Origin: the human T2T-CHM13v2.0 reference genome, Homo sapiens | Direction: 5' to 3' (one strand) | Length of the DNA stretch: 64,000 nucleotides | NCBI RefSeq assembly: GCF_009914755.1 | Contig: NC_060928.1 | Shown here: positions 42,221-56,515 of the stretch, in pieces | Position numbering within the stretch: position 1 is the first letter of the stretch | Layout: every line of letters begins with the position of its first letter | Notes under the pieces: generated by a model | Seen by the model: the letters and a program-made list of their open reading frames with translations, nothing else | Databases searched by the model: none | Told to the model about the DNA's origin: nothing | Translations under genes and position numbers: made by a program

Positions 42221-42411
42221 AGTCAGGCACAGTGGCTTATGCCACCCAGCTGCTGGGAGGCTGAGTGGGGAGGATCTCTTGAGCCCAAGAGTTTAAGGCT
42301 ACAGTGATCTATGATTGTGCCACTGCACTCCAGCCTGGGCAGCAGAGTGAGATCCTGTCTCTGAAATAAATAAATAAATAAATAAATAAGTAAATAAATA
42401 AATAAATAAAT
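42221..42411 (+). mobile_element. Alu monomer (FRAM/FAM) with (TAAA)n tail
   Basis: Single arm; TSD AAATAACTTATTT. Confidence 0.85.
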
Positions 42412-42807
42412 AACTTATTTGATTAAGCTCCTTGGCAAAGAGAAAAAATAAAAAAGCAATTTGGGCAAGCACGATGAATTCTATTCATGAAATGAGGCCA
42501 ACTGAGCAATGGCTGCAACAACCCTGATCTGAGTTCTTTCTGAAAGTGCTCTTATTATTAAGTGATGAATTTTGTAATTCAGCAATCTCAGTGATGTTAA
42601 TGGATGCAAGTTTAAACTGTAGTGATGGCATTTCCATTCTAAAGGGCATGGTTTGGTTGTACCATTTTGTTTACTTTGTTGAACTACTTTCCTCTGTCAG
42701 TGTGAGACTATTGTTGGAGAAAACCAAAGAGGTCTGTATTCACATCTTGGCCTGAATGTATCTCATTGTTTCTTTGGCCATTAATATTTTTGTATTTTAT
42801 AAACAAA

Positions 42808-42971
42808 ATTATCCAGGTGTGGTAGCCCATGCCTGTGGTCACAGCTTCTTGCGGGTCTGAGGTTGGAGGATTGCCTGGGCCTGGGAGGTTGAGGCTGCAG
42901 TAAGCCATGATTGCACCACTGCATTCCAGCTGGGGTGACAGAGTGAGACCTTGCCTAAAAAGAAAAAAAAA
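42808..42971 (+). mobile_element. AluJ right arm / FRAM
   Basis: GGAGGTTGAGGCTGCAGTAAGCCATGATTGCACCACTGCA followed by an A tail. Confidence 0.85.
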
Positions 42972-43494
42972 TTGTGTTTTGACTAGTTATTTTTTCTCCC
43001 ACCTGTCTATGAAGCAGACATGGAAAGATCTTACAGACAGGTGAAGAAAGTTTCTGTTGTCATGGAATGTTTCAGATTTATTCCTGTATCAGGAATATTC
43101 TATTTTTGAGAGTTTAGAACCAGAAATAAGTTGCCAAATCATATTTGTGACAGCCATTAGTAGCTAATCTCTGAATTTATTTTGAAAGAGTAGTTCTATG
43201 TAGTAGGCAGCAAGGGAATTTGCATAGTCAAATTTTTGAGCTTAAAAAATGATTCCACAATATGCTTTATGTGCAAGCTCAGGTGCCAATCAACTATCAC
43301 TGGTTATGTAGAGAGAACAACCTTAAATTCACTGTAGTTTCTTCCTTGGAGTAGCAGTCTTTTATTCAACTAGAGGAGGAAAAAGGATGAAGCAAGGGAA
43401 ATGGTAATTGCTAAGTTGGTGGTGGGCAGGGTATTTCGTTTTTTTTCTCTCTGTTTTTTCTGCCTCACCTGATAAAGTAAGACGGTATCAGGCA

Positions 43495-43878
43495 TGTGAA
43501 TTAGTTTCTAGGGCTGTCATAACAAAGAATCACAAACTGGGTAGTTTGAAATGGCATATTATTCTACAGTTCTACTGGCTAGAAGTCAGAAATCAAGGCA
43601 CTGATAAGACCATTCTCCCTCTGAAACCTGTAAGATAATCCTTCCTTGCCTCTTCCTAGCTTCTGGTGGTTTGCTGAAAATCTCTGCAGATCCTTGGCTT
43701 GCAGTTGCGTAACTCCAATATCTGCTTTCCTTATCACTAGACATTCCTCCTTTGTGTCTGTCTTCACATGGTATTCTTCTTAGAAAGACACCAGTCATAT
43801 TAGAGCAGGGGCCTTACTCCAGTATGAGGCCCACCCTACTCCAGCATGGGGGGGGCATACAAGATTCAACCCATAACA
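43495..43878 (-). mobile_element. MLT1B/C solo LTR
   Basis: TTTCTAGGGCTGTCATAACAAA...GACACCAGTCATATT...TTCAACCCATAACA. Confidence 0.8.
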
Positions 43879-46434
43879 AAGTGTAAGGGATAAACTCAAG
43901 AGCAGAAACAAGTCCTGTCCAAAAAGGGCCTCTGTTCACCTGTATAGAGTCTGTGTGAATTAGGAAATATGCTCTCTTTGGGTGGACACATGCCAGGGCT
44001 CACAGCAAGAGAGCAGAAAACCAGCTGGATTTCCACTCTCCGTGTTCCCTGGGCATAGCGTCTTTACGTAGTGCACAAATAGCCCAAACTAACAGTGGCT
44101 CAGAGACTGGAAGTAGATGATGATGGCAAGGTGTGGGCGGCAAGAGTGTTAGCAAGGTCAAGTTCATGAAAATGGAATTTTTTGGTGGGAATGGAGTAGA
44201 GTAGGAAGAAAAGATGATATTTATTCACTCATTCAACCAGTATTTATTGAGTATCTGTTTATACTAGGTGCTCTGATGTATCTCAAGGAACTTGATATAC
44301 AGCCCAGAATGGATTGGTATAGGCATGTTTCCCCTCCCTGTTTAATTTTTCTACTTTTTGATACATATGTCATGGGGGTGTGATAGGGGGAGATGGCTGA
44401 CCAAAAAATGGAGTCCCAGACCTCAATACAGAAACTCAGTACCTACCAATAACTGATGTGTGTTAGTTGTCTCAGGTTCTCAATGACAAATTCCAAGTAA
44501 AGAGAGCTCAGTAATACATTTTGTCTCAGTGTCAACTCTGGTCTAATTGACTGTGGTTGGGCAACAGAGTTGACCTAATACAAAGGTCAATACTTGGAGT
44601 GAAGTAGTATGGGTTTGGGAGAAGTCCTTAGTAAAGGGAGCAGGAACTGGACATATACTCCGTAAGTGTTTACTATGACTTGCAAGTTGACAACTTTGGG
44701 GGAAATAGCCACATATTTAAAGTATAAGTTTTTGAATGTTTGCTTTAAAAAGTTACTTTCATTTATAGTCACCTCTTCTATACAATTTGTGAAATTTTGA
44801 CAGAGTTAATGTGCAAACAATTCATAGAAGACTCTAAGTAGGTAGAATAAATTAATTATTAAAAGTCTTACAAAATCACTGCAAAAGGTACAACTTTATT
44901 ATTTTGTAATTTTGAAAGTAGGAGAGATTTTATTATGGCATTCCAAAGAAGACAGTTTAGAAAGGTAACCAAGAAAAAGTATAGAAATTATTCAGTACAT
45001 GTTCCTTATTATTTGCAATAATTACTGAGAAAAAGAAAAATGAAATATACAATAATAATACAAATAGACCTAAGAGTAATGTTAACAAGAAAATGTAATA
45101 TATAGAAAACTAAAAACTTTGTTGAGACATAATAAACAGAAAGCTCAAAAAAATAGAGATGTATCATGTTCATGAATGGAATGGCTCCAGTAGATACAAA
45201 TTTGTTAGGGATGCAGAGGTGAGTGCATAACCAATCTTGGGCCAAATGCAATACTTTATTTCTCCTGCAGGAGTAACTGGACCGAAAGGTGAGTGCTCAG
45301 ACCAAACTGCAACATTCAGAAACTTTCTCAGGATTAAAAAAATTGAAGCTAGGGGAGACATTCCACTAGTTTTCAGGTCTTGGAACTGAAAGAATGTGAA
45401 TCTTGGAGTCCTGGCAACTATGTTTTCTACCGTTTTGGAGAAAGTCAATCTGTGGTAGCAGAGAATGAAGCCCAGAGAGATAAGCAGTGATAAGACAAAG
45501 TCAGCAAAGTTTGAAGGAGTCAAGTTCCTGGGGCCAGTCATTGAGCACTCCAGAGCTACTGTACTCCTTACTTTGTTAATTTATTTATTTTCCTTCTGTG
45601 AACTACTTCAGCATCCTTCCAGTGAATTCTCACATCTTTGTTTTTATTTTTTCCACATTTATTAAATGTCTAACACATATAGGACAAGCCTCCTTTTGCT
45701 CGTAGAGCTTAAATTCTAACAGGTGGTGATAGGCTATAAACAAATAAATCAAAAACTTGAAAATATTAGGTAGAGATAAGGGCTGTGATGAAAATGAAAA
45801 GGGAAAATAGAATGAAAATTGATGGGAGAACTACAACTTAAGATGTTAGGAAAAGACTCTCTGATGAGAAAATATTTAAGATGAGACCAGAACAATAGCT
45901 TACTTATTAATTAAACTGATATTTTGACTATATACCAGATAATGTTTAATATGATTTACAAAGATTAAGTTAGTTTTCCCTGGATTTCTCTCACCAGCAA
46001 TGGAAAGAATTCAGATTAATACAAATGTCAATTGTTCTCAAATTTAGTTCCAATCAAATTTTCAGTTTTGTCAAATTTCTTGTCAGAAATCTATAAAATA
46101 CATAATTTCAATAAACATTCCAAAAGATTATTTATTATTATTATTTTTAACCTGAGGGGAACACAAAATATCAAAGCAGCCCAAAATATGGGAAAGGGTA
46201 AGGAATGGGGGAAAACTTGCCATATCAGATAATAAAATACATCATAAATATTATAGTTAAAAATTATTACATGGAAATGCTGTAAAAATTAGATAAGCTG
46301 ATCAATACAAAAGTACTAATGGCCTAGAAACAGGATCTTAGTATATATAAACATATACAGTATGATGGCAGTGGCATAAAAAAAGAGGCAATGGGAGAAA
46401 TTATTAAATAAATTAAGCTTGATCATTAGGTAAA

Positions 46435-47017
46435 TGTAGAAGGCAGAATTTACAATGACTCCCAAGATTTGTGGCTCCTGGTGTGGACAAACATTCTTTG
46501 AATAATTCAGTCAAAGATGAATCTAGGTGCTGCTGTGAAGGGATTTTGCAGATGTAATTAAGTCCCAAGTCAGTTGGCCTTAAAAATAGGGAGATTACTG
46601 AGGTGGACCTGACCTAATCAGATAAGCCTTAAAAGGGACTAAGCTCTTTCTGGAAGGAGAGTTTAAGTGTGAACAGGATTCCAGAAGAGGGAGATTCTCC
46701 TTTGAAGCCTCCAGGAGGCAAAAGTAGCCCCCAGCTGACAACCTGCCAGTAAATGTGAAGCTCGGTTCTACAACCACATGGGCCTGAATTCTGCCAAAAA
46801 CCTCAATGAACTTGGAAATGGATTCTTCACCAGAGCCTCCAGAAAGAAAGGCAGCTCAGCTAACATGTTGATTTGAGCTCTGTGAGATCCTTAGCAGAGA
46901 ACTCAGTCACACTGTGGTTGGGTTTCTGACCTACAAAGTTATGGGCTTATAAACGAATGTTGTTTTAGGCTGCGAAGTTTGTTGCAATTTGTTATGCTGC
47001 AATAAAAATTTAATATA
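46435..47017 (+). mobile_element. MLT1D/E solo LTR within an old L1 ORF2 remnant
   Basis: TGTAGAAGGCAGAAT...GGGATTTTGCAGATGTAATTAAG...GAGCCTCCAGA...TTTGTTATGCTGCAATA. Confidence 0.8.
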
Positions 47018-47992
47018 TTAATTTTAAAAACATGGAGAATCACCTCTCTATAATACATGAAAATAAACCCCATAAGTGTTGATGCTTTAAATGCAAGGAA
47101 TGAAGGTGTAAGACCAACCTATTTGATCTTAGAATGTGGAAACATTTTCCTCAATTTTTTATTATGTAACATCAAATACAAAAAAATACATGCAATATAT
47201 AAGATTTGATGCATAATCACAAAATGAACACCCTTGAGCCCACCACGAAACTTAAATAGAGTATTAGTATTACCGGTGCTGTAGAAATGATCTGTGTTCC
47301 TCAAGGATGCTTTTCTTCGTATTCTGGGCCTCCCCTTCTCTATCCCAACCAGGTAAACTGTTCTGAAGTTTATGTTTATCCTTCCCTTGCTTATGTTTGC
47401 ATTAACAATAAGTACCATTTTTGTTTGCATCCTTAGAAAACATATTGTTTAATTTTCCTTGTCTATGAGCTTTATAAAATATCACACTCTGTGTAGCCAT
47501 CTGTGGCCTGCATTTTTCCCACTCAAGGTTATGTTTTTAACATTTTATTCCCATTGTTGTCTATGGCTTTGGTTCATTCCTTTTAAAATCCAATGTGTCA
47601 ACATATTACATCTAATCTTCTGTGATTGTACATTTTTGTTATATCCATTATTTTTACTGTTATAAACTATGCCTCTATGAATATTCTGGTCCATGTTTCC
47701 TGGTTTTTCTAGAGTATATAAATAAGAGTCAAGTTGCTGGGTTGTGTTCAACTTTACAAAATAACATCAAATTTTTTTCTAAAGTAATTACACCAAATTA
47801 TAATCCCACCAACAGCATTCTTGTGAATATTCATTATTGTTCTATTTTTCCCCCTCTGATAATCTACTGGGTATATGACGTGCCTTATTGTGGTTTACTT
47901 GTCTCTGTTATTAATGGAGTTGAGGACGTTTTCATATACTGAACAGATCTCTTTCCAGTGCAATGATTGTCCATATCTTCCACATAATTTTC

Positions 47993-48333
<341 letters not shown>

Positions 48334-48439
48334 TAAAGATGTTCTCGATATATTCTGGATACTAATCCTTTGTCAATTATTCGTGTTGCTGTTCTCTTCA
48401 ATAGTTTCTGGTTTGTATGTTCATTTTATTTACGGTGTC

Positions 48440-48822
48440 TGTAATAGGTAGAACATTTGTGTCCGCCACCCCCAAATTTAAATGTTGAGGCTCTAACTCC
48501 CAATGTGATGGAATTTGGAAATGGAGCCTTTCATAAATAATTAGGTTTGGATAACATAATGATGGTGGGGCCCTCATGATGAGATTCATGACCTTATAAG
48601 AAGACATACCAGAGAGCTTTCTCTCTCTCTCTCTCTGACATGTGAGAACACAGCAAGAAGACAGCCACCTGCAAGCCAGGAAGAGAGTCCTCCTCATCAG
48701 AACCCAACCATGTTGGCATCCTGATCTTGCATTTCCAGCCTCCAGAACTGTGATAAAATGTCTGTTGTTTAAGCCACCCAGTTGATGGTATGTTGTAATG
48801 GCAGTCTGAACAGACTAACACA
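48440..48822 (+). mobile_element. MSTD/MLT1A-like solo LTR
   Basis: TGTAATAGG...GACTAACACA; perfect TSD GTGTC. Confidence 0.82.
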
Positions 48823-50169
48823 GTGTCTTTTGAGGAAAATAAATTCTTAATCTTAATATAGTGGAATTTATACGTTTTTTCCTTAATGACTTTTATCTCA
48901 TTTAAGAAATCCATTATCCTAAGGTCATACTATATTTTCCAAAATTTTTCTTCTATAAGTTTTAAAGTTTTATCATCACATATATGTTTCAAACACATTA
49001 GAATTTGATTTTTATGTATGGCATAAGGTAGGGATTTAATTTTACTTTTTATTTTTTCCATGTGGATAGCAAATGGCTGTTTGGCCAGTTGTCTCAGCAT
49101 CAATTGAAAAGTCTGTTCTTCCAATTATCTGTAGGGTTGTTTCTGCCAGATATCAATATTCCATACATGTATGGGTTAGTTTTTTGGCAGTCTATTTTGC
49201 TCAATTGAGCAATTTGTTTATATCTATGCTCATAAGTCACTATCTTAATTAAAATAATTTCATAATAGGTTTTGATACTTGATAGAGAAATTTCCTGCAC
49301 TTTATTTTTCTTTTTCTGGGTGTTTTGCTAGTTGTGGCCATTTATTTAGCCATATGAATTTTAGAATCAGCTTGTTAAATTTCTAGGAAAAAAATCCATT
49401 GAGACTGAGGAAAAACTTTTTGTTTTAAAAAATTTCTAATGCACATAAAAATAAATAGTATATTGAATATATCAATATATCAATCAACTAAATTTAACAG
49501 GTATTAACATTTCCAATATTGCTTCTCTTTTTTTTCTTTGCTGAAATATTTTAAAGCAAATTCCAGATGTCCTGATATTTCTCTCCTCTATATTTCAGGA
49601 AGCATCCTTTTAAAAGAGGGGGCATTTTCTTTTAAAAGAGGGGGCATATCCAACAGACCATATTATGCCTAACAAGAGTAACAATAATTCCTTTATAAAA
49701 TCTAATATAGTTTATATTCAAATTCTCCTAATATCCCCCCTTCTTTTGTTTTACAGATGATATGGTAACATCTAATACAAATAAGATGTTCACACTATAT
49801 TTGGTTGTTATGTTTCTTAGGTCTTTTTTAACCTAGACAGTTCCTTTTAAAGCCAATGACCTTTTAAAAATGTCATTGGCTTCTTGTAAAAACCTAGTCA
49901 CTTGTTCTATAGAGTGTCTTATGTTTTGAGTATATGTCTAATTGCTTCTTGGGGTTTCCCTTACCTTATTTCTCTATCTCCAAAATTTCAGATTTAAAGT
50001 CTTGCTTTAATTCAAGCTCATGATGAATATAATGACTGGTTGTATCACTTTCAGGGTTCCTAACCCAAATCACACAAAGTGAGGAGAAAGCAGTTTCCAA
50101 AAGGAAAGGATGCAGAGAAGATGACACAAATGTGCAAGAAAGTTTGTGTTTGGGCTGATGCCACATAGT

Positions 50170-51700
50170 GGGATGTGCATGTGCAAAGCACAGAATAATC
50201 GTGAGAATGTGATCATATAGAGAAATATGGAAATTCAGTGAGCCTAAAGCCCAGTTTTCACATTTAGAAATGGTTCTAGAAGAGGAGATTGAGGAGAAAT
50301 AAGGTCAAAGAGGAGCACATGGGCCCCATAACGTAGGGCCATGTATGCCGTACTAAGGAGTGTGTACACTCTCTCTAGAGGCAAAGGAGAGAGCCTAAAA
50401 TTGTTTAGGTTATAGTGAAATGATCAGATTTATATCTTGGAGGGAGTGTTTTGGTGGCTGTGTCAGGGACAGAGGATTAAAGAGAACAGCCTGGAAGTCA
50501 GGACACTTGTTAGGATGTTGCAGTGCTCTGAATGAGAAAAATGTAAAGGGCTCAGTAAAACTAGGGCAGTGTAGCTTCAGAGAAAAAGATGCATTTGAAG
50601 GATATTGAGGACTTGGAAACCCTAGAACGTGTTGAATTATGTGAATCAAGGATGACTCCCGGGCTTCTGGCCTAAGCTGTCCATTCTCTGCCCGTTTCAA
50701 CTGGAACATGTCTTCCATTCATAATGATAGGAATTAAATAGAAATCACATGCATCCACCATGGGTCAATTCAGAATTATTACAGGGAAGCCTTTTCTCCT
50801 GGTGAGTACTGGGGATAGACACTAGCATATCATATCTGAGGTTCAGGAATCTCAGTTTTGGAAGTCATTATCATACAACTATTAGTTAACACCATAGGAA
50901 TGGATGACCTAATTCCAGGAAGGGGTGTAGAGTAGATTTTGAAGACAGCCTAACTCAGACCCCAGGAGGACAACAGCATTTGGGTGATGAGTGAAGGAAG
51001 GAGAGCTGAGTTACTGTGGCCAGACTAGTAGGAGGAAAATCAAAAAAGAGTAGTAGTATGGAAGTTAAAGAATGAGAAGCTTTTAAAAAGGAAGGAGTCT
51101 TTTTCCGCTCTGGCTACAAAAGGAAAACACCACAGACTGGGTGACTTAAGCAAAATAGACATTTATTTTCTCACAGTCTAGAGGCTGAAAGTCCAAGATT
51201 AGGGTGCAAGCATGGTTGGGTTCTGATGACGGCTCTCTTCCTGGCTTGCAAATGGCTGCCTTCTCTCTGTGTCCTCACATACAGTCACATTGGGGTTTAG
51301 AGTTTTAACATATAAATTTCGTGGGGTCTGGAGTGGACACAATTTAGTTCATAACAGAAAAAGTAGCAAATTTTGTCAAATAGAATAAAAAGTTCCAGAA
51401 AAATGAAGACCAAATAGTTGTCCATTTGATTTGTCAACAAAGATGATATTTGGGACATCAGAGAAGGTAGTTTCTGTAGAATGATGGCAAAGAAGACTTA
51501 TTGCTGGAGGTTGATGGGCAAATAGAATTTGTGAATGTAGACACATGAGCATTAATTATTTCTTTAGGAAGGTTGTCTGAGATGGAAAAGAAATATAGAA
51601 CAAAGGTACAGGATATAGGACAATAGTTGAGTCTTGAAGATTGGATAGGATTTAGATTGAAGAAAATAATGGGGTGAAGATGCCAAGATGGAGGGGCGTG
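50170..51700 (-). mobile_element. L2 LINE remnant with a deleted MLT1A/B LTR insert (~51100-51356)
   Basis: Purine-rich reverse L2 motifs (ATCAAGGATGACTCC...GGCTTCTGGCCT); the insert has ACCACAGACTGGGTGACTTAA...CATAACA. Confidence 0.6.
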
Positions 51701-51821
51701 TCATGGTAACAGGTATAGAGGTAAGAAGGTAGTTGGTCTTTTATGCTCTAGTGAGTCATTATTGTACTGGAAAAAATTATTTTTGTAAGACAGTTGTCGG
51801 GGGCTAGATGTCAAAAGATAG

Positions 51822-52602
51822 TGTGTTTACTGGCTAGGGCTGCCATAAGAAAGTACCATAAACTGGGTGGCTTACACAACAGAAATTTCCTTTCTCACAA
51901 TTCTGGAGGCTGGATGTCTGAGATCAAGGTGTTGGCAGGATTGATTCCTTCTGTAGGCTGCGAGGGAGATCTCTTTCGTGCCTCTCTCCTAGTTTCTGGT
52001 GGTTTGCTGACAATCTTTGGCATTTCCTGTAGATGTCATTTCCCATGTGTCTTCCCATGATTTGCCCTCTGTATGTGTCTTTTTTCAAATGGTGTTCCTT
52101 TTATAAGGACAGGAGTCATATTGGATTAAGGGCCTACCCTATTCCAGTATGAACTCATCTTAAGTAATTATTATCATTATTATTATTTTTTGAGACAAAG
52201 TCTCGCTCTGTCACCCACACTGAAGTGCAGTGTTGCGATCTTGGCTCACTGCAACCTCCGCCTCCCAGGTGCAAGTGATTCTCCTGCCTCAGCCACCTGA
52301 GTAGTTGGGAATACAGGTGTGCACCACCAGACCCATCTCATTTTTGTACTTTTGGTGGAGATGGGCTTTCATCACGTTGGGCACACTGGTCTTGAACTCC
52401 TGACCTCAAGTGATCCACCTGCCTCGGCCTCCCAAAGTGCTGGGATTACAGGCATGAACTACCGCGCTTGGCTATCTTAAATGATTATATCTGCAACAAA
52501 GCTAGTTCCAAATAATGTCACATTCTGAGGTACTGGGGGTTAGGACATCAACATATGAATTTTTGGTCGAGGGAGAGGGAGGAAACAATTCAACCCATAA
52601 CA
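51822..52602 (-). mobile_element. MLT1B/C solo LTR split by an Alu
   Basis: GCTAGGGCTGCCATAA...CAACCCATAACA; perfect TSD GATAG. Confidence 0.85.
52168..52473 (-). mobile_element. AluS (Sz-like) with (ATT)n tail
   Basis: Full dimer; TSD ATCTTAA(G/A)T(A/G)ATTA. Confidence 0.9.
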
Positions 52603-52793
52603 GATAGTTTGAGACCACAATGTGGAGGGCATTAAAGGACATTTGAAAGACTTTTATTTATTTTATGGGAAGATTTGGAAAGTTTATGAACAGAAGAGTA
52701 ATATGATTAGATATTTCAGGAAAATTAATTTGACAGCAGTGCTTTATTAGAGAGTTATAGTGGAAAGCTAACTTAAGCTCAAAAGTAATTTTG

Positions 52794-53070
52794 AGCTTGG
52801 GCGCAATAGCTCATGCCTGTAGTCCCAGCACTTTGCGAGGCCAAGGTGGGAGGATTGCTTGGGTTAGCCTGGGCAACATAGTGAGACCCTGTTTCTACAA
52901 ATAATAATAAAAAAATTAGCCGGGCAAGGTGATGTGCACCTGGTCCCAGCTACTTAGGAGGCTGAGGTGGATGGATTGCTCGAGCGTGGGTGGTTAAGGC
53001 TGCAGTGAGCTGTAATCACGCTACTGCAGTCTAGCTTGGGTGACAGAGCGAGACCCTGTCTAAAGAAAAA
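52794..53070 (+). mobile_element. AluJ with B-box region deleted
   Basis: GGATTGCTTGGGTTAGCCTGGGC lacks AGGAGTTCGAGACC; TSD AAAAGTAATTTTGA. Confidence 0.88.
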
Positions 53071-53639
53071 GTAATTTTGAGGGGAAGAATATGGGGGAAC
53101 TCACATCAGGGAAGCCTAGAGAATCAGTTTTAGATTCTCACAAGACCAAGTCCACTACAGGGATCTAGGTAGAGAGATTACAGAACTGCCATGATATATC
53201 ACCTTAAATAAATTAGATACAACCATTTGCAGTTTTTGCAGTATGTCTGCTCAATATTTGTATTTCAAGAGGAAATGTGTGATAGTTTATTTTAGTCATG
53301 GATCTGCTTTTGGAGGTTGGAGTTCACCTTGATTAATAGTCTCAGATGCAATGAAGGAGAGGTAATTATCTAGCAAAATGGGGGTACTATTACTAAATGA
53401 GAAAATGTCCACAACAAATGTTTAGGAGAGACTCTAAAGATGGAGCCAGTGAAAAGATGATTTCGAAAGTGCCATATGGGGTGATGAGAAATTGGACTAG
53501 AGTGAAGAAGATACCATGAGGAAAGTTTTGATAATACCCCAAAACCAATTGATAATGATGAGAGTATCCACATGAGTGATTTGAGGATAATGACAAAAGC
53601 CACATGGTTAGGAGGGAAAGCTAGTTTTATAGGAAGGTG

Positions 53640-54650
53640 CAGAAACATTTGCTGGTTTTGGCTGCCCATGACCCAAATACTCAATTCCTATTGTGTTTAT
53701 TAATTTTATGTGTCAGCTAGACTGGGTCACAAGGTGCCCAAGTAATTGGCTGGACATTATTTCTGGATGTGTCATCGAGAGTGTTTCTGGATGAGATTAA
53801 CATTTGAACTGGGGGACTGAGTAAAGCATATTGCCCCACCCCTCCACCCTGCCCAATGTGTTTGGGCATCCTCCAATTTGTTGAGGGCCTGACTAGAACA
53901 AAAAGGTAGAGGAAGGGAGGATTTGCTCTCTCTGTCTCTGTGCCTGACTGGCTGAGCTGAGACATCAGTCTTTTCCTGCCCTCAGGGTAGGACTTGCACC
54001 ATCAGCGCTCCTGCTTCTCAGGCCCTTGGACTCAGATTGGAACTACACTACTGGCTTTCCTGGGTCTCCAGCTTGTAGACTGCAGATTACAGGACTTCCT
54101 AATTTTCCAATTTCCATATGTATATATCCATCTCCATAGAATATATATATTATATATTTTTTATATTTTGCTTTTTTGGAGAAAACTGACAAATATTCCT
54201 ACCTCCACCATGGGAGCCAGAAGTGTGTGTTCAGGAGCAGATAATCTCTTTCCAAGATTTTGCATACAGTAGCTAGGTACGTGCCCTAGTAGTAGTAGCT
54301 ATGTGACCTAAGCTAGGCCCACTTGATACTCCCATCTGGAACTCTGATGCTTGAGGAAGTAATGAAAAGGGGCAGTGGATGGTCAGACATTTTTTGTGTG
54401 TGTGGCAGAGTTGAGAGTCCAACCAATGCTTACTTATAATAGTAAGTGTTGGATGATGGTGGCATGAGGGCAGCATCTTCAGCAGCCTGGGTCTGTGGTG
54501 GGGTGTGCCTGGGTCTTGGCTCCCATTGGCTTCTGCCTGTTTTCTGAGTTTCATTCTCCAGCCCTCCCATTGATCCTGGCAGCTACCCACACAGCCTTCC
54601 CATCAATTCATTTTCTCCTTCAGCTGAGAGTTTGTTTTTTGTTTGCTTGG
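53640..54650 (+). mobile_element. LTR16-like ERVL LTR split by MLT2
   Basis: TTGCTGGTTTTGGCTGCCCA, ATGTGACCTAAGCTAGGCC and CAGCTACCC...TTCATTTTCT motifs. Confidence 0.45.
53692..54195 (+). mobile_element. MLT2 (ERVL) solo LTR
   Basis: TTAATTTTATGTGTCAGCTAGACTGGG...GGATGAGATTAACATTTGAA...CTGAGTAAAGCA. Confidence 0.82.
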
Positions 54651-55332
54651 AAAGTTGGATGATGATGTACGGAGGATACAGTGAGGTTAATGGTGACTGG
54701 CATTTTAGTCATGATGAGTGATAGCAAATAGCATGACAGTCACACTGAAATGTCCAGAGTCAGCTAGATAAGCACAAGGAAGGCATGAAAGGATGCAGGA
54801 GTGAATGCAGATTTGGTTGTTATCTACCTAGATGTGATTCAGGCAGTTATGACAGTGAATGAGCTTGCTGGGGAGACAGAGTATGATGAGATAGAAGAAT
54901 GCCAAGGACTACTCTTTGGGTTAGCCCACAGTGGGAGAAAAGAAGAAAGGAATGAATAACAGCATTCACAAAAGTGGGTGGAAGGATAATATAGTTCAAT
55001 GACATAGACGTTAAGGAAGGAGAGAAGTTCAAGGAGAAGCTAAAGGGTCAAATGTGTTGTGAAATGTTCAAGGAGAATGAGAACTAAGTATATTTTTTTC
55101 AATTTGTCAGTTGAAGCATTTAAAACATTATAAATACTGAAGTAAAATATAACCTATGTAATATGCCGACTAGTTGGCAGGCCCTGTGATAAGCACTTTA
55201 TGTATTATTGTATGTGCAATTAATAATATTGGTATTACTTAGTGAAATGAGGTAATGTGCCTGTGTTCACATGGCTAGTAAGTTGCAGATCTGGAATGAA
55301 AATGTGTTTGTAGGACACCCCATTACAGTAAA

Positions 55333-55715
55333 TGATATGGTTTGACTGTGTCCCCACTCAAAGTCTCACCTTGAATTGTAAACCACATGATGCCCATAAT
55401 CTGCATGTGTCAAGGGAGAGACCAGATGGAGGTAATTGAATGATGGGGGGTGGTTTCCCCCATGCTGTTCTCGTGATAGTGAGTTCTCACGAGATCTGAT
55501 GCTTGTGTAAGTGTTTGGTAGGTACTCCTGCGTTCATTCTCCTTCCTGCTGTTTTGTGAAGAAGGTGCCTTGCTTCCCCCTTGCCTTTTGCCATGATTGT
55601 AAGTTTCCTGAGGCTTCTCCAGCCATGCTGAACTGTGGGTCAATTAAACCTCTTTCCTTTATAAATTACCCCCTCTCAGGCAGTTCTCTACACTGTGTGA
55701 AAATGGACTAATACA
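55333..55715 (+). mobile_element. THE1D/MSTA solo LTR
   Basis: TGATATGGTTTG...AATTAAACCTCTTTCC...GGACTAATACA; TSD GTAAA/GTTAA. Confidence 0.9.
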
Positions 55716-56267
55716 GTTAATAAGCTTGGCAAGATGGCCATATTTTAATAGACACCTTAAAGCAGCGTATTTAAGTTCTATTAAGCCTTTTGATATAACA
55801 CCTCTAGATATAATATCTCATTCCCTTTGCTGTTGGGTCATTTGTACCTTGTACTACTTTAGAGTTTGATGCTAATGGAACTTTGCCATTTATAAATGCA
55901 GCCAGATATGGCTGAGTTTTAAAAATAGGGTCTGATTGCTTTTTGAATATTTGGACTTGAACAATTCTTAGCATCAGAAAATTTTTCAAACTTTTGTAAA
56001 ACATAGAAATCTTTTTCTTACGATTTAGTTGTTTTGACTTAAAAAAATTTTATACAATACTTTCAACAGTTTTCTTAAAATTTTTCAAAAAACTGATAAA
56101 AATCATGTATGCAATGATTTGTTTAGATGTACATATACAATATTTACATACATGCAAAATATATATTTGTGACATCTTTAATACAACATTAAAATTTTAA
56201 GCCTATAAAGAGATAAAACATTCAGAAGGCATCATTTCCCTTGCTTTTTTCCTCTCCCTGCCTTCCA

Positions 56268-56515
56268 TTGTAGCATGATAACTTGTTCTAGCCCTAATGT
56301 TAGACTACCTGGGGTTCACTGTTGGCTGTGCCACTTTTTAAGTATTGGTCTATGGGCAAGATACTCAACCACTCTGAACTTCCATTTCTTCACCTGGAAG
56401 TGAAGATTATAATCACAGCTGCTTTGCTGGGTTCCTGGGAGGACTGAAAGAGAAATATTGGGGACAGCCCAGAATAGTGTTCAACTCACACATAGTAGCT
56501 CCTCATTAAATGTTG
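56268..56515 (+). mobile_element. MIR
   Basis: TGGGCAAGATACTCAACCACTCTGAACTTCCATTTCTTCACCTG core. Confidence 0.7.
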
